From IMG/VR virus record IMGVR_UViG_3300044957_000729: 64,000 nt of DNA; one strand, 5' to 3'. Below are positions 49,350 to 60,300 of this stretch, piece by piece. The notes beneath the pieces were generated by a model. The model was not told where the DNA came from. It was given only the letters and a program-made list of their open reading frames with translations, and ran no database searches. The position numbers and the translations under genes are program-made. The DNA comes from a virus. Numbering within the stretch: position 1 is the stretch's first letter; each line of letters starts with the position of its first letter.

Positions 49350-49675
49350 TGTCCAATAAATCTTTTATAATTCCTAAAGCAGACAAGTTAAAGTCCTTCA
49401 ATCAGGATTCTTGTGAAAATTTCCACGTGATAGATGTTAATCTGTGGTTCAAGAATAACAATCTTACCCCTTCATCTATGAATGAAATAAGACAGTACAT
49501 TTTTGAAGAATGGTTACACAAGAAAATAACTAGTTCCAAACCTAAGATCTCTACTGGATCAAAACTTGTTATAATTTATGATAGTCCTACGGATCATTTT
49601 ATGGATCTTTTAAAACATAAAATCTTAGAAATTTTAGATTACGATTTTTGTGATATTATTTTAATGGACGAATAA
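49349..49675 (+). CDS. Hypothetical protein
   Basis: GTG-start ORF. Confidence 0.55.
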   Translation: MSNKSFIIPKADKLKSFNQDSCENFHVIDVNLWFKNNNLTPSSMNEIRQYIFEEWLHKKITSSKPKISTGSKLVIIYDSPTDHFMDLLKHKILEILDYDFCDIILMDE

Positions 49676-49694
49676 AAGCTCGGGTATATACTAT

Positions 49695-51605
49695 ATGGCA
49701 GAAGAACCCAAGCATATATTACAAAAAGGTGTAGCTTTAAATGATATAAAAAACCTCCAGGACGCTGGTGAGGTAGTAAGTGATGTCCAGTATTATAATA
49801 GCAAGATTATATATGCTTTTCCTAGTGATAAAGCTTTTGCTACTTATGAGCTTTCCGAATTAAGATATCTTCCTAAAAGTTTATTCTATGATGCAGCCAC
49901 TTCGGATGGGGTATATAGGGGACTTTTTGCTTATTATGTTTTGGGAGGTTCTAAAGATAGAGTTAAATATCATGCTTCGGAGCTAAACACTGAGAATGGT
50001 GGTTTATCTAAGATAACTCCTATCGGGTCAAGAAATCCCACTGCTAGCCAAATAATAAAAACAGTTACAGGAGGGGGAAAGACGCCAAACTATTTAAATC
50101 CTACTAGCCCTTATAGAGGACAAATATACAACGTGAAGGATTTTATTTTCTGTAAATATTACGGTATTATTCCAAACAACCGAATGTTAACTCTACGGAG
50201 GTTTGCGCATCCAACATTAGATTCTTTAAGAGTTATAGCTAATCCTATGGTTGGTGATTTTAGCGCAGTCAGTGGCGCTTCTGGATCATTGATACCTCAG
50301 TACGATATACCAAATGAGCCAATAAAAGATCTAGGTATATTACAAGATACTGATGCTACCTTCAACACTTCTCTTCCTGTTGCACAGTTGGTCACCTTTT
50401 TTGGAGCAGATACGGGTAATATTCTTGCTACTATATTAGGAATAGACACAGGGTTAAATTTCTCTCAAGAAACGCAGGAGCCAATGAAGAACGAGCAGAC
50501 GGGAGATCCTGGTTTAATGAACACTCCTTACGGAGATTTAATAAAAGCGGCAGTAACTAGCGGAACTAATAGCATAGGAGCGGAGGATATAGAATCCATT
50601 GATAAATTAATAGGTACCATAGTTGCTCCCGAAAAAAACATAAACAGATTACAGAGAGCTCTTTTAGACGAGGCAGTAACTGCTGACGGGCCGCTTTCTA
50701 AAAAAATATTTGTCAACCTAAACACAGTAAATAAAGTTGCAATTAGACAACAGGGATTTAATGGTGGAACTAGTAGTTTCACCCTGAATTTTCATTACAC
50801 TCTTAGTTCTGCGGGTGAGGTTAATTCTAAATTATTATTCCTTGATTTAATGGCTAATGTATTATCTGTTGGTACTGACTATGGGCAGTTTTTAACTCCT
50901 GAGATAAGAATACAACAAACTGCAGTAGGTATGGGATTCCCTGGAGGTCCTGCTGGATATGCAAAATCCATAACAGATCCTATTAATTATATAAGGGACG
51001 TGGTAGGAAAAATGCTATCCGCCGGCGAGGTTAACAAAGCCAAGGCACAAGAGGAGGAGGTAAACAAGGGGGTTTCTGCTGTTTATGCTGACGTTCAGAA
51101 ATTTATAAGTAACTCTGACACATTTAAGTTTGAGGGAACACAGCTTTCTAAATCGATTGCCGTTATGCTTTCTGAGGCATTCCTTAAAAAGATATACTAT
51201 AGTCCAATCATGTTAAGTGGATATCCAACTGGAGAATGGCATTTAACAATAGGTAATCCTTTGAATCCTATAGCCATGATGGGAAATTTAGTTTGTAACA
51301 ATGTTAAAATAAACTTTAACGATGATTTAGGACCTGATGATTTTCCAACTGAAATGACTGTTTCGTTACAGCTTTTGCCAGGAAGACAAAGACATAGAGG
51401 TGACTGGGAATCTATGTTTAATAGAGGTAACGGAAGATTGTATCTTGGTCAGTTAGTTAGCAGCAAAGAAACGACTAATGCCTTTGTTAATACGCAAGGT
51501 AACTTCGTTAATAATACTGCAGGGCAAAACATTTACAATATAGTGGAGGAAAATATAAACCCTCTTACAGGAACAGAAACTAATGCACAAGGTCCAGGAG
51601 GATAG
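49695..51605 (+). CDS. Putative baseplate/tail-tube-junction protein (gp48/gp54-like)
   Basis: C-terminal GNLVCNNVKINF..FPTEMTVSLQL; first gene of the baseplate block; GGTATATA upstream. Confidence 0.5.
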   Translation: MAEEPKHILQKGVALNDIKNLQDAGEVVSDVQYYNSKIIYAFPSDKAFATYELSELRYLPKSLFYDAATSDGVYRGLFAYYVLGGSKDRVKYHASELNTENGGLSKITPIGSRNPTASQIIKTVTGGGKTPNYLNPTSPYRGQIYNVKDFIFCKYYGIIPNNRMLTLRRFAHPTLDSLRVIANPMVGDFSAVSGASGSLIPQYDIPNEPIKDLGILQDTDATFNTSLPVAQLVTFFGADTGNILATILGIDTGLNFSQETQEPMKNEQTGDPGLMNTPYGDLIKAAVTSGTNSIGAEDIESIDKLIGTIVAPEKNINRLQRALLDEAVTADGPLSKKIFVNLNTVNKVAIRQQGFNGGTSSFTLNFHYTLSSAGEVNSKLLFLDLMANVLSVGTDYGQFLTPEIRIQQTAVGMGFPGGPAGYAKSITDPINYIRDVVGKMLSAGEVNKAKAQEEEVNKGVSAVYADVQKFISNSDTFKFEGTQLSKSIAVMLSEAFLKKIYYSPIMLSGYPTGEWHLTIGNPLNPIAMMGNLVCNNVKINFNDDLGPDDFPTEMTVSLQLLPGRQRHRGDWESMFNRGNGRLYLGQLVSSKETTNAFVNTQGNFVNNTAGQNIYNIVEENINPLTGTETNAQGPGG

Positions 51606-51621
51606 ACATAAATTATAAAAG

Positions 51622-52227
51622 ATGCTAACAATAGATATTATAAATGATAAGCCCTTCTTTACCAATCCTAACACGCAGGATAGGTATGTAGACTTATTGA
51701 CACCATCATGGGTTGCTAGAGCGGTAAGATACTCTATAAAAGCAATAGCCTTTGTTACGGACGAAACAAAAATGAGACCTGATTTAGTTTCTATGCAATA
51801 TCTAGGTGACACATCTAGATTAGGAACTCTGTTAAAGCTTAATAATATATCCAACCCATTAAGTGTTAATTCAGGGGAGATACTATTAGTACCGGGCGAT
51901 CAGATGGTCACTGATCTATTTCAAAGCGGTAAGGCAGTTTCTTCACAAAAGCAAAAAGCAAGATCTTTTAGAAAAGAACTACAAGATAAAATATCTCAGG
52001 TTAGCAAAGATCGTTTAGAATATCTTAACGCTAAAAACGTGTCCAATCTAGCAGAAGTTCCCCTTCCCCCTAATTTACTACAAGAGGGACAGCAACAAAT
52101 ACTTGTTACTGAGGGAAGACTGATATTTGGTCCTGATATAGGACAATGTAGAAGTAAAGCAAAGAAAAACGTTTCCGTTACAGACATAAAAACAAAATTA
52201 GCACAAAAGAACATTTTTAGAAGATAA
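51622..52227 (+). CDS. Baseplate wedge protein (gp53/LysM-like)
   Basis: RPDLVSMQYLGD..LLKLNNISNP..GEILLVP. Confidence 0.7.
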   Translation: MLTIDIINDKPFFTNPNTQDRYVDLLTPSWVARAVRYSIKAIAFVTDETKMRPDLVSMQYLGDTSRLGTLLKLNNISNPLSVNSGEILLVPGDQMVTDLFQSGKAVSSQKQKARSFRKELQDKISQVSKDRLEYLNAKNVSNLAEVPLPPNLLQEGQQQILVTEGRLIFGPDIGQCRSKAKKNVSVTDIKTKLAQKNIFRR

Positions 52228-52230
52228 AAT

Positions 52231-53853
52231 ATGCCTGCAGAAATAAACATAAGGAAGGCTATATTACAGTACAGAAATCCTGATATATTTCTGGATGAGC
52301 TTAGTGTAATTGACACATCTAATCAAGACGGAGACTCCCAATTAAACGACCAAAAGAATGGAAACGTACAGAAGAAGTATTTTGGATCAACCACTCCTTT
52401 GGTTAGGATAAACACGGAAATAATAAGTGGTATAAAGTACTTTAAATTAGATCTTACAGGATTTAAACCTACCCTTCTTTTTAGATTTGAAACGATAGAT
52501 CAGAAATTTATATTTACATCCTATCCTAAAGATGGAGACCTAGTTTCCATATACATAAGACCCTATGGTGAAATGTTTAAACCAATAAGGATAGACTTTA
52601 TAATAAATGAAGTTATAGCACCTTTTAACGGAGGTCCTTACACTGATTATACTCCATCTACTGGTAAATATCAGACATACACCATAATGGCTGAAGTTAG
52701 GATACCTAAGCTTTATAAGCATATATGTAAAAGTTTTAACGGGAATAGTTCGGATGCACTTTTAAAAATATCAGAGGATCTAGGATTGGGGTATGCTTCA
52801 AACGAAGCAAAAACTAACGATTCTATGAATTGGGTATCTCCTAATCTTGACTATCAAACTCTAATAAAAGATATAGTAAACAATGCTTGGTTAAGCGAAG
52901 AGGACTATTTTGATTGTTGGATAGATCAATATTACAATATAAATTTAATAAATCTAAAAAAACAATTTGATGATATAAATCCTAATCTAGAAAACATGAG
53001 AATGGCTTACGGAGCGGACTCCTTTGGGGATGTTTTTTCTGGCGGCGGAGCACCAGAGACACACGAGGTAGAATTTCCCCTTTTACTTACAAACTCTACT
53101 CAGTTTAGTAAGTCCCCTCTTTTTATTAGCGACCTTTCTTTAGAACAAAATGCTGGTAGTATAAACAAAGACCTAGGATACTTCCAGAAGATACAGTTCT
53201 ACGATAGCAAACTTGTTTCGGATAAGCCAAAGAATAAATTTGTTGAGTATGACATAGAGTCTATTACGAATAAAAATTTAGGATCAAGGGACACTTTAAA
53301 TAAAGGAAGATTAGGAGAGAACACTTATAAAGAGGAAATAAAAAAGACCTATGTTGGAACTATGTATTTTGAAAACGTACATGAAAACTTTCAACAAGCT
53401 TCAATCCAAAATATCCTAAACAGAAACGATTCTTATAAGATAATACTTAGAGTTAAAAATAGGTCATGGACTCCTTTTTTATATAGGGGGCAAACATTTC
53501 CTGTAGCGATTTTTTCTGAGGGCAATCCAGAGGTAAGTGCATCCTCTAGTTACAGCCCAGTAGGGGATCAAAAAAAATCCCTTGCCAATGATCCAGATAA
53601 AAGAACTATAAATGCTTTTCTTTCTGGTAATTATGTTGTTCTTGGATTTACTATAGAATATGACGAGGAAGGAATATACCAAACGATGTTACTAGGAAAG
53701 AAACAATGGGCACTAAATCCTGGATTGGCTTCAGAACCTATTCCTTTAGATCCTAAGATATTCGATGCTGATTTCAATGATTTGGCTAAGAGTGTTTCCT
53801 TTACTGTTCAAGAAAATACACAAAAGCTGAAAGGCGACATATATAATAATTAA
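52231..53853 (+). CDS. Putative baseplate hub protein (gp27-like)
   Basis: Position between gp53- and gp5-like genes; C-terminal LSGNYVV...YQTMLL. Confidence 0.5.
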   Translation: MPAEINIRKAILQYRNPDIFLDELSVIDTSNQDGDSQLNDQKNGNVQKKYFGSTTPLVRINTEIISGIKYFKLDLTGFKPTLLFRFETIDQKFIFTSYPKDGDLVSIYIRPYGEMFKPIRIDFIINEVIAPFNGGPYTDYTPSTGKYQTYTIMAEVRIPKLYKHICKSFNGNSSDALLKISEDLGLGYASNEAKTNDSMNWVSPNLDYQTLIKDIVNNAWLSEEDYFDCWIDQYYNINLINLKKQFDDINPNLENMRMAYGADSFGDVFSGGGAPETHEVEFPLLLTNSTQFSKSPLFISDLSLEQNAGSINKDLGYFQKIQFYDSKLVSDKPKNKFVEYDIESITNKNLGSRDTLNKGRLGENTYKEEIKKTYVGTMYFENVHENFQQASIQNILNRNDSYKIILRVKNRSWTPFLYRGQTFPVAIFSEGNPEVSASSSYSPVGDQKKSLANDPDKRTINAFLSGNYVVLGFTIEYDEEGIYQTMLLGKKQWALNPGLASEPIPLDPKIFDADFNDLAKSVSFTVQENTQKLKGDIYNN

Positions 53854-53859
53854 AAGGAT

Positions 53860-56439
53860 ATGGCAAATTTTTTATCGGATCTTAAAAGCGGCCCTTTGGG
53901 AAGTAAGCTAATTCCTGACGGTGACGCTCTTAAAAGAAAAGTAGACGGGCAAAGGGAAACTTTCTTAAAGGGTGTATCAACTACTAAGCATGGTAAAAAA
54001 GAGGATCCCACTTATTTACATTTTAGATTTATCTTTGATTTCGGAGAAACCTCTATAATGGATCCGGAAACTTTCCTTGCGCCATCTCCATTATTTAGAC
54101 CAACTGATCGCACAGCTAATCAGGACGAAATAATCAGTTTTGCAAGAGCTAATGGAGTTGCAGAACAGGACATACCTAATTATATTAGAGCTCTAACAGA
54201 GAACGAAGCAAAATCTGGGAATGGAAATTTTTATAGTGGCACTGATTTTTTCTACGGAAGTAAATTTGAAGTAAAATCTAGAGCACAGCAGGGGGCTTTT
54301 AATATAAACGGGGGAGGTGTAGGATACATGGGTGCTCAGAGATTTCTTGCACAGAGATCTGTCAAGAGACAGCAAATGCTTGAAGCATTTAAAAAAGGTT
54401 TAAGATTCATAAACGAAAAATGCCCCTATTACTTTCAATCAATTAGCGGATTGGAACAGCTATTAAAGGTTGATATAAAAAATCTACATAAACCTGCAGG
54501 TAAGCCACAAAGAATGGGCACGTTAGCAATAGATTGTTTAGAATCTATTGATATGAGGATATTTTCATTATCTGAACTTTACAGAAAAGCAATATATGAC
54601 TACACATATCATCGGGTAATGTTACCGGAAAATCTTAGGAAATTTAGAATGTGGCTTGTTGTTTCGGAGATAAGAAATATACAAATGAGTTACGGAATAA
54701 ATGATATCTTGAACCCTTTTTCTATTCCATCGGTTGCACAAGCAGCAAATTTTGTAGACAGTTTTAATAGTCAAACCGGATTTTTAGATAATACGGGAGG
54801 ACTACTACAAAAATCAACAAATGCTTTAGGTATAACGCAAGAAGAACCGCAAGACAAATTTGGATCATACACTCTAGGACCATATGCTTTTATTTACCAG
54901 TTTGATCAATGTGAATTTGATTTTGATGATTCATATCCATCTTTCAGTTTAATAGATAATAAAGGGGGATCTGCTGTTACTAATAAATTTAAAATACACG
55001 TAGGAAGGGTTAAAGATTACAAAATACAATTCAATGCTTTATCCGATATTATCAAGAAAGAAGACAACATAAAATCCATGGTTCTTTCCGATGTATGGGG
55101 ATCTAAAACAAGTGGATATACCAACTACGACTATACAGGAACTGAAGGATTAAATCCAGTTACTTTTGATGATAAGGCTAATCCTGCTGAATATTTTGCT
55201 AGCTTAGCTTCTAATTTTATAACTAACAGTGTGGCTGATTTAAAAGACCAAGGTGTACAATTATTACAAGGAGCTTTATTGGGCAACATTTATGGGTTAG
55301 GTGGTATTAACGTTGGGGCTGCAACAAGAAATGTTCAATCCCTAGTTAACACATTAAAAGAAGGAATACCAAACCCCTTTGCTGATAACACACCACAGGC
55401 ACAGGGCCTAGGTGGACCAGATCAGAGACAATACCCAACTATTAAGGAAGATGTTTATCTTGGAGTTCCTAACCCTAATCAACAAAATCTAGGAACTGCG
55501 TATAATAGCCAAACAGGAACACCCGGAACTGCTAGTGGTGATGTGTATTCTAATAATCCGGGATCAGATTTAGGATTACCGGATAGACAATATCCTGTTC
55601 CTGGTGGTGATGAATATAAGAACGTACCTGGTTCTGACTCGGGTGTACCCGGAAGAGTCTATCCTACGATAGAACAAGATATCTACACTACTAATCCTGG
55701 AGCAGATGCAGGATTACCAGATAGACAATATCCAACATCCCAAAGTGATGAGTATAATGATGTACCCGGGAGTAGTTTGGGTGTACCTGGTAGAATCTAT
55801 CCAGAGCCAAACGATGATGCTTACGAGAACAACCCTGGCTCTGATCTAGGTCTTCCCGAGCGTCAATATCCTCAAGCAAATGATGATGTTTATTCCGATC
55901 CTTCCGTGGTGGATACTAGTAATATTGGAAGTGTTTACCCTGATACTAATAACACTTATGGAAATTTAAGCGACAAGGAATATGACGAACCACAAAACAT
56001 TATTCCGGGAAATATAGGTGATGTGTATCCAGAAACAGTTAATAGCTATGGTAATTTAAACGATAAAGAATATACAGAGCCTGGATCTTCTTCTACGGAA
56101 AACATAGGGGATGTTTACGAGAATACAGAAAATAATTATCCAGGATTAAACGAGAAGGTTTATGTAAATCCAGCTCCAAGAGAAGAAAACTTAGGCGAGG
56201 TATATAAGGATACTAAAAATGAATATCCTAGTGTTAATGATATTTCATATGATCTCCCATCTAATGTCAATAACATATTAAATGAGGATGTCTATAAAAG
56301 TGTACCCGGGAGTGATCTAGGAACTCCTGGAAGAAATTACAAATCTATAAATGAATCTCTATATAGAAGATCAAATGGACCTATCAATATATCTAATATA
56401 GGAAGAGTATATCCTACTACAGGAAATGAAAACAATTAG
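53860..56439 (+). CDS. Putative tail/baseplate protein with C-terminal repeats
   Basis: Tube-like N-terminal region (YYFQSISGL, CLESIDMRI, YQFDQCEF) plus a repeat tail. Confidence 0.55.
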   Translation: MANFLSDLKSGPLGSKLIPDGDALKRKVDGQRETFLKGVSTTKHGKKEDPTYLHFRFIFDFGETSIMDPETFLAPSPLFRPTDRTANQDEIISFARANGVAEQDIPNYIRALTENEAKSGNGNFYSGTDFFYGSKFEVKSRAQQGAFNINGGGVGYMGAQRFLAQRSVKRQQMLEAFKKGLRFINEKCPYYFQSISGLEQLLKVDIKNLHKPAGKPQRMGTLAIDCLESIDMRIFSLSELYRKAIYDYTYHRVMLPENLRKFRMWLVVSEIRNIQMSYGINDILNPFSIPSVAQAANFVDSFNSQTGFLDNTGGLLQKSTNALGITQEEPQDKFGSYTLGPYAFIYQFDQCEFDFDDSYPSFSLIDNKGGSAVTNKFKIHVGRVKDYKIQFNALSDIIKKEDNIKSMVLSDVWGSKTSGYTNYDYTGTEGLNPVTFDDKANPAEYFASLASNFITNSVADLKDQGVQLLQGALLGNIYGLGGINVGAATRNVQSLVNTLKEGIPNPFADNTPQAQGLGGPDQRQYPTIKEDVYLGVPNPNQQNLGTAYNSQTGTPGTASGDVYSNNPGSDLGLPDRQYPVPGGDEYKNVPGSDSGVPGRVYPTIEQDIYTTNPGADAGLPDRQYPTSQSDEYNDVPGSSLGVPGRIYPEPNDDAYENNPGSDLGLPERQYPQANDDVYSDPSVVDTSNIGSVYPDTNNTYGNLSDKEYDEPQNIIPGNIGDVYPETVNSYGNLNDKEYTEPGSSSTENIGDVYENTENNYPGLNEKVYVNPAPREENLGEVYKDTKNEYPSVNDISYDLPSNVNNILNEDVYKSVPGSDLGTPGRNYKSINESLYRRSNGPINISNIGRVYPTTGNENN
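55393..56420 (+). repeat. Degenerate protein repeats (DVYxxxPGSDLGLPDRQYP, about 22 aa; NIGDVYP variants)
   Basis: Visible in translation; DNA copies are diverged. Confidence 0.8.
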
Positions 56440-56456
56440 TAATATTTAGGTATAAT
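56428..56456 (+). promoter_or_regulatory. GAAA-N19-TATAAT promoter motif
   Basis: Upstream of the gp5-like gene. Confidence 0.65.
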
Positions 56457-56461
56457 TAAAA

Positions 56462-57367
56462 ATGGGATTAGTAGACAGAAATAAACTAGAGAAACCTAAT
56501 ACGGAGATATCGCATTATCTTGGTGTAGTTGTGGATAATAAAGATCCGGAATTTAAAGGAAGGGCTAAAGTTCGTGTATTTGGTATTTTCGATGAGCTAG
56601 CTAATGCTGATCTTCCTTGGTCACATCAGAGATTTGAACAAAGCTACGGTCTGGGCGGAGGATCGGGAAGAATATCCGTGCCTAAATTAGGATCGGTAGT
56701 GCATGTTCAATTTAACAACGGAAACTATTACAGTCCGGAATATAAAGCAGTACAGGAACTATCTCCTGATTTAATAGACGAAATTAGAGCTAGTTACGAC
56801 GGAGCTCATTCTTTAATCTATGATGGTATAGAAAGGCTAAAGATGTACTATACTGTGGAGAAGGGATTAGTAATAGATTTAAAGGAGTCTAAGATAATAA
56901 TAAGAAATGATAATTCTATACTAATTACCCATGCTGATGACACTGCATCGATTGAACTTAAAGGAGGTAAGATAACTAAGTATGCTGACCAAGAAATAGA
57001 AAACACTGCGGTAACTAGAATTAAGCACAGCTCCGAAGAGGTTTGGATGGATGGAAAAACTACCAATCTGGGGCACTCACCTTTGTTCTCAGCAGTTTGT
57101 GCGGAACCTTTGTGGGATTTCTTAAAAAAATTAGCTATATCAGTCGATAGTAAAATGCCAGCTACACCAGGGGTTAACTCAACTTTAGCATCTAGCTTCG
57201 AACAATTAGCAACAAGTCAGACCGTGAGGGTTACTAGAGAAAATGCTCCAGACTTTCCGACTGTACCTGCTGATGCTAACTCTCCTGTTGGTATACCTAA
57301 TACGGGAACATCAGGAACATCAGGCACCAGTGGAACGTCAGGAACTAGCGGAATAACTGGAGTATGA
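56462..57367 (+). CDS. Baseplate spike protein (gp5/VgrG OB-fold), no lysozyme domain
   Basis: YLGVVVDNKDPEFKGRAKVRVFG, LPW, VPKLGSVVHVQF..P.Y. Confidence 0.85.
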   Translation: MGLVDRNKLEKPNTEISHYLGVVVDNKDPEFKGRAKVRVFGIFDELANADLPWSHQRFEQSYGLGGGSGRISVPKLGSVVHVQFNNGNYYSPEYKAVQELSPDLIDEIRASYDGAHSLIYDGIERLKMYYTVEKGLVIDLKESKIIIRNDNSILITHADDTASIELKGGKITKYADQEIENTAVTRIKHSSEEVWMDGKTTNLGHSPLFSAVCAEPLWDFLKKLAISVDSKMPATPGVNSTLASSFEQLATSQTVRVTRENAPDFPTVPADANSPVGIPNTGTSGTSGTSGTSGTSGITGV

Positions 57368-57368
57368 T

Positions 57369-60300
57369 ATGGCAGGAAGTATAGAATCTAGAATAGATGA
57401 TTTATTAGGCAAGGATTTTTCCGAGATGACTACCGAGGAGATATTAAATATAATATCTGGTGGAAGTGATTTTAATATTCCTTATGAAGATCTACAATCT
57501 AAAGAGGGATTTGAAAAAGAGTTAGATAAAAGCCAAAAAGAGGTTAACTCTATTATAGAAAGTTTAAATCCCCAAAAGCCGCCTATTCCTATAAAAGATA
57601 TAGAAGATCTTTCCTGTAATTATGAAGGCGATGATTTATATAGCAGGATAATTTTAGAAACGCTCAAAAGGGAAGATATTAAGGTGTATAATGAACTTTT
57701 GGAGTCTGATGAATACAAAGGTAATCTACCTGTTTCGGAAAGAGATCTAGGGGTAAAAATAGCAGGCAACAGGGACCTTGGATTTTCTAAAAAAATACCT
57801 TCAGAAGGAATTACAAAATATCTTAGAAGCAAAAATCCTGAATTTTTAGAAAAAACAAACGAAAAAATATTTGATAATCTGGATCCTTTGTTATTGGGTA
57901 AACCTTCTAATTCTGGATCTAGAAAGAAAAGAAAAATGAATGTATTGGGATTTGAAATTCCTTTACAATTTATAATGAACGGAACTCAAATAGTTCACGT
58001 TAAAATTGGTGATGGAGAAATAAACTTAGACGGTGCATTAGAAAAAATAAACAGCATTCTAAAAACACAGAATAGTAATACTAATCCCTGTGATTTCAAA
58101 GACGTAGACGAAAATACATCCTCTGAAAGAATAGATGCTTTTGATGCTAACTTTTATCCCGACGGAGACGACCCAATAATAGATGATGACTGTTTACCAG
58201 GTATACCTGAAGATCCTATAACTGGCGATCCTATTCTAACAAAATCTAGTTTTGATGAAACATTGGAAGATTTTTGTGATCCTCCAGTCTACGAATTTAG
58301 GAGAGAGGAAGTTAATGACCCCGAACCTCCTAGCGTGGATGTTGATGCTATAGATGCCTGTGTTTCTTCAGCTTTGGATGCAGGTAAAAAATTAGAAGAG
58401 GATGTAAAGCTTTTAGCTAGATGGCAAATGATAGAGAGAAATCTAGAGGAGATACTTTATCACTATGAAGCTATATACGAATATCAAAAATCATTATATG
58501 ATAATTGGCTTTCAAGAGTACCAAAAAACGAGGGAGGAGATCCTACAGATCTTCAAATTGGAATTTCTATATTGACCTATAGGGATCAGATTTCTATATA
58601 CCAGAAAGAGTTAATAGATCAGATACAGAAATACAACGACGATAAGACTATATTTCTTGAGAATAATAACATATTCACTGAAGAGCTATTCCTTTTAGAT
58701 GTTTATGCTACAGAGCTAAGTGATAGTGATACAGAACAACTTTTTAATGATCAGATAGATGCAGGACTATCTCCTGTTACATATAATGATTCCACACAAT
58801 CTTGGCCTGTTACTGAAGCGGTTCTTAGATTTAAAGAAAACGTAGAGGATATAAGATCTATCATGATAGAAGGCAACTTTATATCTGTTATAGAAAATAA
58901 AATACAAGAAACACAGGATCTACTAGACGCAGCGATATCAACACTAGCACAAAGAAAAAATGCTCCTGTTTCGGTAGAAGATGTAGAGAAATCTTTTCTT
59001 CCTCCGAATACTGCTACCTCAGATGTTTATGGACAGGGGAATTCTGCTCTAAACATAAACGAGAGAGTTTTTAAAAGTCCTTTACAACTAAGTTTAACAA
59101 CCGAGTCATATGCTTATGATTCTTATGGATATGATTTCTTAGAAGCACTAAAAGAATTTTCAGTAAGATATAAAACAAACTTTGTTAAATCTAGGGGGGA
59201 ATTACAATTTGAGTTATCTTTCATTACCGATTATGGGTTTCCTTTACCTTATAAAAAAACAAAAAAACCCGCTAAGATAAGTTTTAAAGGAGCTTCTTCG
59301 CAGCCCCTATCTGAAGTAACAGAACCGGATGAAGAAAAAATAAAAATAGGAAACGAGCACGCAGAAAACGGTGGACTGCTTAGTGATTATTCTCCCGAAT
59401 ATTTAAAATCTTATCAGTTCTTAAAGATTAACAATATAAGGAATGGATTTCCCGACGTAGCTAAATTCTATGACTTTATAGAAAAGATAATAAAAAAGAA
59501 TGATTCTAAAGAAAGCATAATTGAAAAAATAGTTGAAGACAGAGGAATACTTTATGGAAATCTTATAGAGAAGTCATCTTTTAATTGGCTATTCTTTACA
59601 GCAGAAGAAAGGGGAGATAATGATGCTAGGGATCCTTCTAAAACGAGACCTGCTAGTTTTAGTGCAGAAGGAGAGCCAACTCCGGTATTCACAGATTTCT
59701 ATAGTAATTTTAAAACTAAATGGAATGCTAAATATCTGGAGAATAAAAATCTCTATATAAATCCCGCTTTACAAAATCTCAGAACACAAGCTATCAGAGC
59801 AGGTGAAGGATTAGCAAAGACTTTACCTGCTTCTGACGTTATAGGTATTAGAATTTTAGAAAACTATTTAGATGTAAAGAGAAAATATGAGCAGATAAAA
59901 GAAATTATGCTTATTTCTGCACAGAAAATACACGAGATAAACGAGACGATTAGTCCGGAGAACGTAGGTAAAAGATTTTCTGATATAAAATGTGCAGGAG
60001 CTAACACCCCTCCTGCTGAAGACGATAGGGAGAACTGTCCTCCTGTTTGTTGTGGAGAACCCGGATCTGATTTTAAAACTGACAACTATTTACTATCATC
60101 TCCGCCAAGCTCAGATTGCCCGACAATGTTTCAGAGATGTTGGTGGAAACAGTTCTGTAAGGATGTTACTAAAGTTGGTATACTTCCTTATCCTAACGGG
60201 CTTCCTCCAATAGAGGATCCTAAATATTTTCTAGCACAAGGGCCCACTATTAGGTTAGGATTTAAATATTGGCCGGTTGGGTACCTACCTCCTGCGTTTC

